Assembly: GCA_965226215.1 (NCBI GenBank)
Contig: CBDDCH010000002.1
Coordinates: 3,413,228-3,477,227 of the forward strand
DNA: 64,000 bases
Origin: Bryobacterales bacterium
GTDB lineage: Bacteria > Acidobacteriota > Terriglobia > Bryobacterales > UBA6623
Reading direction: 5' to 3'
Shown here: piece by piece, positions 1 to 9,900 of the stretch
Numbering within the stretch: position 1 is the stretch's first letter
How the letters are laid out: every line of letters starts with the position of its first letter
Made by a program: the position numbers and the translations under genes
Notes under the pieces: model-generated
What the model was told of the DNA's origin: nothing
Databases searched by the model: none
What the model saw: only the letters and a program-made list of their open reading frames with translations

Positions 1-150
1 CACGGGAGCGAATTTGGTCCCAGAGCTCCCAGCCTTTGCCGCCGCTGCCGTGGCCGCCGAGGCTACACTAGCAGGCAGCAAACTCAATGTCGGCACACCG
101 ACCGCCGTTTGCAGGAAGCTCCTTCTTTTCCAAGCCTGGTTCGGTGCCAT
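1..150 (-). CDS. N-terminus of a probable Tat-exported protein (runs off the window edge)
   Basis: Manual translation from ATG at 150: MAPNQAWKRRSFLQTAVGVPTLSLLPASVASAATAAAAKAG..., with a twin-arginine KRRSFL motif and an Ala-rich cleavage region. The frame is open to position 1. Not in the ORF track. Confidence 0.6.
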   Translation of the reverse strand, partial: MAPNQAWKRRSFLQTAVGVPTLSLLPASVASAATAAAAKAGSSGTKFAPV

Positions 151-270
151 GGTGATCGACCTCCTGATTACTTTTGAATACCGCGGAAATCATCCCAGTC
201 TACCCTAACTGGGTTCCAACCAGTAGCTGTCGCTCCTATGTTGTGGTGCTGCACGTGTTATGGCAGCGGC

Positions 271-305
271 GAGCGAATCGGAGCCGCGAACGCCAGTGAG
301 CGGTC
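271..305 (+). repeat. REP-like motif (GAGCCGCG..GAGCGG type)
   Basis: gagcgaatcggagccgcgaacgccagtgagcgg; the gagcgaatcgga part recurs at ~532. Intergenic. Resemblance to a repeat type known from Solibacter/Planctomycetes is from memory only. Confidence 0.3.
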
Positions 306-612
306 GTGCGGCCATGGTCGCTAGGGATACTTAGCCTTTAAGGAAGCTCGCAAGGATACTAGCGATGGTTGCGACGAAAACCGCCGTAAACCACCACGCG
401 GGGTCTTGCAGATAATCTACGACTTCCCCCATGTTGTTCTCGCTGGGGTATATACCCTAGAAGGCTAACTCATGTTTGGCCTGTCACTGGCGTTCCAGGC
501 TCAGTTTCTTGCTATTGCACATCTTCGCGACGAGCGAATCGGACACCCTCGCGATGACGCACCTCGTCGGGAGGCTCGTGGCGGCGAATCAGCCAGGTTG
601 AGATTCGTGACG

Positions 613-1920
613 CTAAACCAGTTCCTTGATCGGAACGCCTGTTTTGTCGTCAATCGAGTTGGCGATCTTGACGGGCCGCCCGATGGGGGTCATATAGGTC
701 TTTTCCCAGTCGATGCCGAAGGCCTTGTAGATGGTCGCGTAGATGTCGCCCATCGTAATCATGCGCTCTTCCACATAACCGCCCTCGAAATCACTGGCAC
801 CGATGACGTGTCCGCCTTGGATGCCGCCGCCGCCCAGGACCAGTGACCAGCACTGCGGCCAATGATCGCGGCCCGCTTTGGGGTTGATGTGGGGAGTGCG
901 TCCGAACTCACCCATGGCGATTACGACCGTTGACTCCAACAGACCGCGCTGGGCGAGGTCCTCGAGCAGAGTGGAGAAAGCCTGATCAAACGAAGGACAC
1001 AGCTTGTCTCGATGCCCCTTGTCGTTGTCGCCGTGAGTGTCCCACTCGATTGTCTTATACCCCGCGGCCGTCACAAAGCGGGCGCCCGCCTCGACCAGCC
1101 GGCGCGCCAACAGCACACTCTGTCCGAATGGGTGCCGGCCGTACGCGTCCTTCACCTTTTCAGGTTCCTTCGAAAGGTCGAAGGCTTCTCTCACGTTCGG
1201 AGACAGGATCATTCTCCAGGCGGCATCCGTGAAGCGGTCCATCTTGGTGTATTCAACTTCCTTTACCTTTTGCCGGTAAAGCGAATCGACCAGCATCAGG
1301 GCCGAGCGCCGCTCCTCGATTTGCTCGACTGAAACGGACTTGGGGATGCTCAGATCTGGAACTTCAAAATCCTTGCGACTCGGATCATGCACGACCATCG
1401 GGTCATAGTCTGCTCCCAGGAAGCCCGATCGAAAGTACTGCAATAGATCCAACTCACGGGTAACAACGTAAGGCGGTATCTCGTTGCGGATAGCCCTCTC
1501 TTTGGAAAGGATGGATCCCAAGCTGGGGAACTTCATCGCCACGCTGGGCCTGTGCCCGGTGAGCGCATAGATGGTCGCTCCAGCGTGGTTGGTCTCTTCG
1601 GTGTGCATCGAGCGGACAATCGACAGCTTGTCCATGTGCTTGGAAACACGGGGTAGCAGCTCTGAGATCTGAATGCCGGGAACATTGGTGGAGATCGGCT
1701 TGAAAGAGCTGTTCGGCTTGGGATCCCAGGTATCGACCTGACTCGGCCCCCCTTCCAGCCAGAGCATGATGCACGACTGAGCCTTGCCGTTAGGACTCAC
1801 GCCCTGGGCGGCCATCAGACTCTCCAGTCCCAGCAGGTCGCGCAGCCCGATGCCCAGATAGGTTAACGACCCCACCCGCAGAAAGTCCCGACGTCCCAAA
1901 CCTGGTCCTTTGCAAGTCAT
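613..1920 (-). CDS. DUF1501 domain protein (Tat signal)
   Basis: 435 aa; GRRDFLR Tat motif, LWLEGGPSQVDTWDPKP, WDTH, GEFGRTP, GRDHWP signatures. Confidence 0.9.
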   Translation of the reverse strand: MTCKGPGLGRRDFLRVGSLTYLGIGLRDLLGLESLMAAQGVSPNGKAQSCIMLWLEGGPSQVDTWDPKPNSSFKPISTNVPGIQISELLPRVSKHMDKLSIVRSMHTEETNHAGATIYALTGHRPSVAMKFPSLGSILSKERAIRNEIPPYVVTRELDLLQYFRSGFLGADYDPMVVHDPSRKDFEVPDLSIPKSVSVEQIEERRSALMLVDSLYRQKVKEVEYTKMDRFTDAAWRMILSPNVREAFDLSKEPEKVKDAYGRHPFGQSVLLARRLVEAGARFVTAAGYKTIEWDTHGDNDKGHRDKLCPSFDQAFSTLLEDLAQRGLLESTVVIAMGEFGRTPHINPKAGRDHWPQCWSLVLGGGGIQGGHVIGASDFEGGYVEERMITMGDIYATIYKAFGIDWEKTYMTPIGRPVKIANSIDDKTGVPIKELV

Positions 1921-1955
1921 GGCTTCTCCTTTTTGGGCCTGCTGTCTCGCTCCAA

Positions 1956-4523
1956 TCAGTGACTGCTGGCAAACTCCCGGGAAGCAATCAGTCCCCAGAG
2001 TAGACTGCGAGTCGCTTCCGACCGGGACGGGCGCTCACTCAACCACCCTCGCAGCTCGGTCTGTTCCGTTTCCGTTGGAAATCGTGAAAACGCTGCTAGG
2101 TAGAGTTCCTCGATCACTTCACTATCTGAGGCGCCCTGCTTTAGTAGTGTGTTGACGCGTCCTCCCTCTCGGTCGAGCTTATCGTTGTAGGTTGCTCCCA
2201 CGAGCATATGGAGGGCTTGCCCAAGATTTGCTAGATTCTCGCGCTCCGGCGTGGTAAGGCGATCCGGCTTGCCGTAGACTTCCAGGAATCGGCTGCGAAA
2301 CATGTCCGGCTCAACGATATTGATCGCCCGAGCGCCCAGAGGCAACGCTCCCGGTTGGGTTTGGTTTGAGCTGTGCAGGAGCCGTTCGGGAACCCCAGTC
2401 GCTTGGGATATCGCGTCCAACAGCACTTCTGCATCCAGCCGCTTGGGTATGGAGTGCGAATAGTTGATTCGGTCTTCGGCGTTGGTCTCGTTGGGCTCAC
2501 TCGATAACTGATAGGTCCGCGACGAAACGATTGTGCGGATCAGATGCTTGAGATCGTGCCTATGCTCACGGAAGTCCTCTGCCAGCGCCTTGAGCAGGCC
2601 AGGGTGGGTCGGCGTGTTGGTGGAGCGAAAGTCGTCTACCGGGTCTACAATGCCTCTGCCGAAGAAGTATCCCCACATCCTGTTGACCGCGGCTTCCGCG
2701 AAATAGGGGTGGGACGTCATCCATTCCGCGAGCTCCATGCGGAGATCGGCCTGTTGTTCCTCCGGTAGGACCCGACCATCGAGCAACGTCGGCTGGACGA
2801 GTTGTTTAGTCCGGGGATGCATCACGTGGCGGCTCTTGCCCACGGCGCCATAATCCACGTCTTGCCCGGTGGGATCGTCGTAGAGCACGGAGCCATAGAG
2901 CTCCGGATCATCGGGTCCGAACTTCACCCCGTTCAAGCGGCCGAAGAAGGCCGCCATTCCCCAGAACTGGTCCTGGCTCCAGGCCTCAAAAGGATGGTTG
3001 TGACATTGCGCGCAGTCCAGCCGCCGTCCGAGAAAGACTCGAACTTCCTCGGCCATTTTTCGCTCAGGAAAGCGAGGATCGCTGATCTGGAAATAGTGCG
3101 GAGCTGCATCTCCGAAACCCTGGGCGGCTATACGCTCACGTGCGATCTCATCGTAGGGTTTGTTGCGCACGATGCGGTCCCGGAGCCACTCCCAGTGCCG
3201 CCGGACCGGCTTCATGTTCGAGTTGGCGTAACGGGCGACCCGGAAGATGTCCGCAAACCGGAAGGTCCAGTACTCGACATATTCGGGAGAATCCAGAAGT
3301 GTTTCGATCAGCTTCTCGCGCTTTCGAGGATCCTGGCCGGCGAGGAATTCGCGCACGCGCGCGGGCGGTGGGAGCGTGCCCGTCATATCCAGACACAGGC
3401 GCCGCAGAAACTCCGCGTCGGTCGACAGCTCGGAGGGCAGAATCTTGAACTTCCGCAGTTTCGAGAAGACGTGGTCGTCGATGAAGTTATTCCGCGCTAC
3501 CTTCGGATAGTCCGGCAGCGGCTTGGAGATCACCCCAATGCGCGCACTGACGGCGTGCCCGGCCGCACGGATCAGGATGGATGTCTCCCCTGTCATTAAC
3601 CCTTCCGCACGACCTTCCAGAGACGCTCGTACCACTTCCGGATTGTTCGAAGTGTAGAGTACTTGGCCGGTTATGTCCTCTTGTCGGCCGTTAGAAAGGT
3701 GAGCCGTCACCAGGAGTTGATGCTTTCCATGGAGGTCCAGCACGACTTCCTTTGGGAAAACTTCTATCCGCTTGACCTTGACGCTCTCCTGGTCGCTTTC
3801 TTCTCCGTAGGGAGCCCCCGCTCGCACCCAGTTGAGAATGGTTTCGTAATCGGGCGAGTCGGGAGGGAAGAGTTGTCCGCCGCCGTGGGGAACCTGCATG
3901 GCCGGCTTCTGCAATAGGAGGCTTTGCCGCGGCTTTTCTAAATCGACTCGGGGTTTTTTCTCGCCTGCCACTTCATCCGTCAGAACTTGATACGTGCCGC
4001 CTTCGACGATCCATTTGTAGTCTTCCCGCGGGTAGAGTGCGTTCAAGGAAACCTTGAAGCCGCCCTGGCCTTTTACCCCGCCATGGCAACTGCTGCCGTT
4101 GCATCCCTTCTTCGTGAGAACGCCCCCGATGTCCCGGGCGAAGGAAAACGATCGCTCCTCATCCAAACCCGCCACGCGAAACTTTGTCGTCGCCGTATAC
4201 CGCCCGAAACCGGCCGTCAGCACGGCGGCGCCGTCGGCCAACGCCACTAACCTGCCACCTTCATCCATTCGGGCTATGCTCGGCTTGGAAATCGAAAACC
4301 GCACCTCCGGTGTAACGTCGCGTTCCACGCCGTCGCTATATTTCCCCAGCGCGATAAACCGCTGCGAGGCTTTGGCGCCCCAAAGAGCGGCGTTATCTGG
4401 CGCCAATCGGAGGGAGAGGAGTTCTGCCTCTGTTTCGCCCGCGGCAATCGAACCACCTAGGCTCAGGCCGGCAAACAGAGAAATGCTCACCAGTCCATGT
4501 CGCAAGCGGAGCCCGAATCTCAT
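1956..4523 (-). CDS. DUF1549/DUF1553 protein with two Ig-like (BIG2-type) domains and haem-c motifs
   Basis: Likely start MRFGL at 4523, 1 nt from the upstream stop. Signal peptide, GCNGSSCHGG (CX4CH), CAQCHNHPF (CXXCH), FLRRLCLDMTG, NRMWGYFFGRGIVDPVDD. Confidence 0.88.
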   Translation of the reverse strand: MRFGLRLRHGLVSISLFAGLSLGGSIAAGETEAELLSLRLAPDNAALWGAKASQRFIALGKYSDGVERDVTPEVRFSISKPSIARMDEGGRLVALADGAAVLTAGFGRYTATTKFRVAGLDEERSFSFARDIGGVLTKKGCNGSSCHGGVKGQGGFKVSLNALYPREDYKWIVEGGTYQVLTDEVAGEKKPRVDLEKPRQSLLLQKPAMQVPHGGGQLFPPDSPDYETILNWVRAGAPYGEESDQESVKVKRIEVFPKEVVLDLHGKHQLLVTAHLSNGRQEDITGQVLYTSNNPEVVRASLEGRAEGLMTGETSILIRAAGHAVSARIGVISKPLPDYPKVARNNFIDDHVFSKLRKFKILPSELSTDAEFLRRLCLDMTGTLPPPARVREFLAGQDPRKREKLIETLLDSPEYVEYWTFRFADIFRVARYANSNMKPVRRHWEWLRDRIVRNKPYDEIARERIAAQGFGDAAPHYFQISDPRFPERKMAEEVRVFLGRRLDCAQCHNHPFEAWSQDQFWGMAAFFGRLNGVKFGPDDPELYGSVLYDDPTGQDVDYGAVGKSRHVMHPRTKQLVQPTLLDGRVLPEEQQADLRMELAEWMTSHPYFAEAAVNRMWGYFFGRGIVDPVDDFRSTNTPTHPGLLKALAEDFREHRHDLKHLIRTIVSSRTYQLSSEPNETNAEDRINYSHSIPKRLDAEVLLDAISQATGVPERLLHSSNQTQPGALPLGARAINIVEPDMFRSRFLEVYGKPDRLTTPERENLANLGQALHMLVGATYNDKLDREGGRVNTLLKQGASDSEVIEELYLAAFSRFPTETEQTELRGWLSERPSRSEATRSLLWGLIASREFASSH

Positions 4524-4524
4524 C

Positions 4525-6396
4525 TCAATCTCCTTTAGCGCCTGACGACTCTGCCACCACCATGAGCGGAATCTCCCCGACCAGAGTGGGCACTCCGAGT
4601 TCACCCCTTACAACGGGGCGTGCGATGACCCGAATGAGCCGCGGCATACGCATGACTTGAGCGTCGGCGCCGGCTACGAGCAATATCGCCGCTGTTTGAC
4701 TCTTCGGCAGATATCTTTCCTTGAAACCCTCGTCCAGGGGTGGGTGGCTTTCCGGCTCGACTTCGACCGCCGCCAAGGCCTCGACTCCCACGGGCAGATT
4801 CTCCACCGCAAACGCAATGTCACCGTTGTACCCTTCTTCTTGCTCAGCCGTCAACGTTAATTTCTTCGCCCCGCCGGCCCTGAGGTTGACGCGATCTTCC
4901 GTCACCACGATCTTTCCCATGTGGGGGATTTGGGGGCGAATGAGAATTCGATACCTGAAGCTGGAATCACCCTGCCGGGACGTCATGTCTCGCACTTGAA
5001 GCACATACTCACCTTCCCGCTGGAACATGTAGATTGTCTTGGGCTCAATCCTTTTGATCCAGTCGTCCCCGTCCCCGGCAATGAACTTGTGGATGTTGGT
5101 AAAGAGTTCCTCCTCCCCATCGTGCTCGAAGATCCCCAGGCGCGGGTTGAAGTAAGGCGGAGGCGAATCCGGGGTCTCGACCTCGAAAGCAAGTCCTTGC
5201 TCGCGTTTCACTCGAAATCGAAAATAGTCCACATCACCCGGACGCTCTATCGTCCCCTCTATGGTGGCGGGCAAGGTCAGTTGCAGAGCTTCAGCGCGCG
5301 TGTCGTTCGGTTCAACCTCGGTTGCGGTAATGATCGGCCGCGGGGGTATGCCAAGAGAATCGACGCTCGGGCCTCCCGGGGCTTCTCCTCCACTTCCCGG
5401 TGGGCCCGAACCGCTCTTCTTCGATACGGTATCGCCCGTTTCGCTGGTCACGACTGTGCGGGAGACGAGCTCCGCCAGACGGTCCTGCTCCAGCGTCCGC
5501 GGGAAGGCTCGCTCATCCCATTCGGAATCGCGCTCTTGCTCTTTAAGAACAGAAGATCCGTCCGCTGGAGCGATGAGGAGTTGGTACGAATAACCAGGCC
5601 CGATGATGCCCAAGAAGGCTCCTATCCTTAACAAGTACCGGCCTGATTTACTGAAACGATAGTTCAGTGTTGTGAGGGTCTTGAGGGGAGCCGGATGGTA
5701 GCTGTTTGCCAAACGGTAAAGGCGGTTCGGATCAAACCAGCTTTTACCGGATTCGTAAAGGGTGAGGTGGGCGTCAAAACCGTTTCCGGTTCTGAAATTC
5801 GGATCTTGGCCCGTTCGGGTAAAAGCTTCAACGCGTAGCTCTTGGTTCTTGGGAACCTCAAATGAATAGAAATCTACTTCCCCTTCCTCGTCGATCTTCC
5901 CGCTTATGACGGCTGGAAAAGTGACCTGCTGTGCGTCTGCCGGTGTGCCGTTGGGGCTTTCCGTTTCGATCACGACGGGTGCGGAATGCACAAGGAACGC
6001 TAGTGCGTTCGAAACGCCCCGCGGGGAGACCAACCACACCGAGTGGCGCCCAGCCTTGGCTGTAGGGTCCACCTCGACACTTAGCGAAACCCGATGACCG
6101 GGGAACTTTTCGAGCTCTTTGCGGGGGCCCGCGCCGGCAGTCTCTACTAGCTCGATCGGCTCAACGTTTCCGACAGTGCCTCTCAGACGTTCCGTATCGA
6201 ACCAGGCGGCGTAAACGCCTTCCAGACCGGTCCCCTGGATACTGATCTCCAATCGCGCGCCTTTCCCGCCGCCGGCGGGAAAGACGGAGACTATCTCGGG
6301 CTCCGCCGGGGGTTCGACGGCGCCCATCTGAGCAGACAGAAGGCAGACGAGACACATCCCCCCCCAGACGCGCCCAAGCCACCACCTTTTTGTCAT
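4525..6396 (-). CDS. Secreted PPC (pre-peptidase C-terminal)-repeat protein of DUF1501/DUF1553 clusters
   Basis: 623 aa; signal peptide, IVSVFPAGG, two E(V)EPN...G.I...GEVD(F/Y) PPC-like repeats; operonic with the DUF1553 and DUF1501 genes. Confidence 0.75.
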   Translation of the reverse strand: MTKRWWLGRVWGGMCLVCLLSAQMGAVEPPAEPEIVSVFPAGGGKGARLEISIQGTGLEGVYAAWFDTERLRGTVGNVEPIELVETAGAGPRKELEKFPGHRVSLSVEVDPTAKAGRHSVWLVSPRGVSNALAFLVHSAPVVIETESPNGTPADAQQVTFPAVISGKIDEEGEVDFYSFEVPKNQELRVEAFTRTGQDPNFRTGNGFDAHLTLYESGKSWFDPNRLYRLANSYHPAPLKTLTTLNYRFSKSGRYLLRIGAFLGIIGPGYSYQLLIAPADGSSVLKEQERDSEWDERAFPRTLEQDRLAELVSRTVVTSETGDTVSKKSGSGPPGSGGEAPGGPSVDSLGIPPRPIITATEVEPNDTRAEALQLTLPATIEGTIERPGDVDYFRFRVKREQGLAFEVETPDSPPPYFNPRLGIFEHDGEEELFTNIHKFIAGDGDDWIKRIEPKTIYMFQREGEYVLQVRDMTSRQGDSSFRYRILIRPQIPHMGKIVVTEDRVNLRAGGAKKLTLTAEQEEGYNGDIAFAVENLPVGVEALAAVEVEPESHPPLDEGFKERYLPKSQTAAILLVAGADAQVMRMPRLIRVIARPVVRGELGVPTLVGEIPLMVVAESSGAKGD

Positions 6397-6532
6397 AGCA
6401 ACCCTCTCCCGATGTTATCCTATCGGTAAGACTTTTAGCAATTGCAAACGGAGAGCGGGCTGCGGGCCAGGCCGTGCCGCACTCTTCGTAAGGGATTGGT
6501 GGACTTCGCATCCGGGAGGGTCCTGTGCTTGG

Positions 6533-6720
6533 CAGTCCATTTCATAAGTTCGGTCATATATGTTTAGAAGCCAGGTGGACGATCGGCAACTTCGGGTACG
6601 GCATGCCGTACCCTTACTTTTCCAAACGCTTAACAGAGCAAACATCTGTAGGGGCACAGCATGCTGTGCCCGCCTGCGCCCACCCGAAACGTTAGTGTAT
6701 TTATGAAAAGGAGTACTTAG
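6533..6720. mobile_element. MITE-like element family B, copy 1, carrying a divergent GTAG-REP pair
   Basis: Left end cagtccatttcataa is an imperfect inverted repeat of right end ttatgaaaaggagtacttag. Internal REP hairpins at 6594-6617 (-) and 6648-6671 (+). The right end recurs at ~52520-52552 and 61748-61777. Confidence 0.6.
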
Positions 6721-6776
6721 CCGGTTATGCGCGTCGGAACCAGAATTTTGTTCTCGTTTCAGGTGGCGGCGTCGAT

Positions 6777-6870
6777 GAAAAAACCCGGGGACAGTCCACC
6801 GCGCCTCCGTAAGTCTATTGATAAAACGCCACGCCCGTGCAGGGCGCTTGGGACAGTCCCCGGTTTTTTC
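6777..6870. repeat. 94-bp inverted-repeat element (GGGACAGTCC type)
   Basis: gaaaaaacccggggacagtcc ... gggacagtccccggttttttc; ~21-bp arms differing by one indel and one mismatch. Confidence 0.65.
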
Positions 6871-6987
6871 ACAGACCGTCATCTCTGGACCGCTCGCTCA
6901 CACTCGCGGCTCGGTGCTGGACGTTCTGGGTGTTTGACGCTCTGGGATATCAAGGACGCAGCCCTTGGTTGGTTGGAGGATCGGTTC

Positions 6988-9900
6988 ATGCCTAGGATTC
7001 GGTTTTATCGTCATGGCGGTATCACATGCTTCACCCTGGGACTGATGCTTGCCAACACCCAAGTCTCGGCGGGGGCAACTGAGGCCGTTGACTTCCAACG
7101 CCAGGTACGGCCGATTCTTTCCGACAATTGCTTCGCTTGCCACGGCCCGGACGCCAAGACCCGCATGGCCGACTTGCGCCTCGACACGCGAGAGGGAGCT
7201 TTCGCTCAGCGTGAAAACGGAAGTCCCATCGTTCCGCGTGATTCGGACGCCAGCCTACTCTACCAGCGCATCAAGCATGAAAACGAAATACTGCGCATGC
7301 CGCCGGCCTATTCGAAGAAGAAGCTGAGCGAGGATCAGATCGACGTCCTCAAGCGCTGGATAGAGCAGGGCGCCTCATGGAATCGGCACTGGTCGTTCCA
7401 AACTCTGAAGCGACCCGAGCTGCCCACCGTCAAGCGAGAAGAGTGGTCACGCAACGGAATCGACCGCTTCATCTTGGCGCGGCTGGAGGCCAAAGGCCTC
7501 GCGCCGGCGCCCGAAGCCGACCGCCGGACGCTGGCGCGCCGCGTCGCACTTGACGTAACGGGCTTGCCCCCTGAGCCCGAGTTGGTCGAGGCCTTCGTAA
7601 ACGATACCTCCCAGAACGCGTACGAAGCGCTAGTCAATCAGCTTCTCGAATCTCCGCACTGGGGAGAACACCGTGGCCGTTACTGGCTCGATGCCGCCCG
7701 CTACGGGGACACGCACGGCATCCACGTCGACAACTATCGCGAAATGTGGCCCTACCGAGATTGGGTCATTAACGCCTTCAACCAAAACATGCCCTTTGAC
7801 CAGTTCACGATCGAACAGATCGCGGGCGACCTGTTGCCCAACGCCACGCTCGAGCAGCGTGTCGCCACCGGCTTCCATCGCTGCAACGTCACGACGAATG
7901 AGGCCGGCCTCATCATCGACGAATACGCGGCCGTCTACGCCAAGGACCGTGCCGACACGACCGGTACCGTATGGCTCGGACTGACCGTGGGTTGCGCGAC
8001 CTGCCACGATCACAAGTTCGATCCGATTTCGCAGAGGGACTTCTACGCCATGACGGCGTTCTTCCGTAACACCACGCAGTACGTGATGGACGGGAACGTC
8101 GCGGACCCGCCTCCCATAGCCGTCGTGCCTCGCCAAGAGGACCGTACGCGCTGGGACGAGTTGAAGCACAAAGCGGCCGAAATCAACGCTCGTATGCGGA
8201 AGGTTTCCGCCTCGGCGGACGAAGATTTCGAGGCGTGGCTTGCCAGTGGGGAGTATCGTTCGCTCGAAGCGCCCCTCGGGACAGCTTCCGAGGTTTTTGC
8301 ACTGTCGCTGGGCAAGGAGGCCCGGGCCACGCTGCACGGAGACGAATTTGCGGTTGATCTATCCCACGGCGTCACTCTAGGAGCGGGACCCGAGGGTCGC
8401 GGAGCGCTGCGATTCGGCAGCGAGACCTGGGCCGAACTACCGAACGTCAAGCTCGACGCCGACAAGCCATTTTCGCTGGCAGTCTGGATCCATAACCCCG
8501 ATGAACAGGGTAGGTTCATCGTGGCCAGCCAAACCGATCCAGAGGACAAAAACCGTGGTTGGGCCCTGACGATTGGCGCCGAGGTTGCGCGCGTGCCGGG
8601 CCTACATCTGTTTGGAGACCAAGAAGAAAAACTGGGAGACGACGGGAAGCCAGTTGAAATCTTTACGGGCTGGATGCAGCAGCTTGAGGTCGGCACTTGG
8701 AATCACGTGGCCGTAACATACGACGGCACCAGCGAACGCGCCGGGCTGAATATCTACGTGAATGGGGAAATCCTGCCGACAACGGGAAGCGAGTATTTCA
8801 AGAAGCTCCACGGCAACATTCGCACCGACCAACCTCTCCTGCTGGGAAAACTGCACCGCAAGCTGGAGAATGAAGAATTCGAGCGTTACTTTGCCGGTGG
8901 CGGAATCGCGGATTTCCGCATTTTCAACCGTGTCATCACAGTCGAGGAAGTCCGAATCGTCTCTCGCTGGCCTTCTCTAGAGCGAGCGCGGGAGAAGGAC
9001 CCTGGCCAGCTTACCCGAGAACAGCGGGAGACCTTACGGCTCTACTATCTAAGCCTCAAAAACGACGACTACCGAGGTCTCGTCGAGGAGAAGCGGCAGG
9101 TTGCCCGCAAGCAACGAGAGATTCGCCGCCGGGGCGGCATCACGCACGTGATGCAAGAAATTACGGATCGCGAGCCCGAGGCCCACATTCTCTATCGCGG
9201 CATGTACGATCAGCCTCAGGACCTGGTAAAAGCCAACACTCCCGCCGCTCTGGCGCCGATGCCGGCTTCGTTTCCACGCAATCGGCTGGGCTTGGCCAAG
9301 TGGTTGGTGGACGACTCGAACCCGCTGAGCGCGCGGGTCGTCGTGAACCGCTTCTGGCAGGAAGTCTTCGGGACCGGCATCGTCAAAAGCAGCGACGACT
9401 TCGGATCGCAAGGGGAGCCGCCCTCCCATCCCGAATTGCTGGACTGGCTGGCGGTCGAGTTCCGCGCATCAGGCTGGGACGTAAAGGACTTCTTCCGCTT
9501 GCTCGTCACCTCCTCAACCTACCGCCAGTCGGCGGCAATCACAAAGGAAAAGCTCGAACAAAATCCCGAAAACCGGCTTCTCTCTCGCGGCCCGCGGTTC
9601 CGCTTGGACGGTGAGTTGTTGCGCGACTATGCGCTGGCAGCGAGCGGCCTTCTGGTTCCGACCATCGGGGGCCCTAGCGTGAAACCCTACCAGCCTCCGG
9701 GTGTCTGGGAAAGTGTGGCGATGGAGGACAGCAACACTCACTCCTATCAACAAGACCACGGCGACAAGCTTTATCGCCGTAGCCTCTATACCTTCTGGAA
9801 ACGCTCGGCGCCACCGGCGTCGATGGACGTCTTTAACGCGCCGACCCGGGAGACCTGTACGGTGAGACGGGAGCGAACGAACACTCCGTTGCAGGCGTTG

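Noticed and set aside
14-208. 64-aa plus-strand ORF
   Set aside because: Antisense shadow of the minus-strand Tat-signal ORF (1-150), which has the recognisable motif.
321-460. Possible 140-bp MITE with CTAGGG..CCCTAG ends
   Set aside because: Only 6 bp match exactly and there is no second copy in the window.
6727-6987. 87-aa N-terminal extension of the 1166-aa ORF
   Set aside because: Reads through an inverted-repeat element; a good RBS and signal peptide start at 6988.
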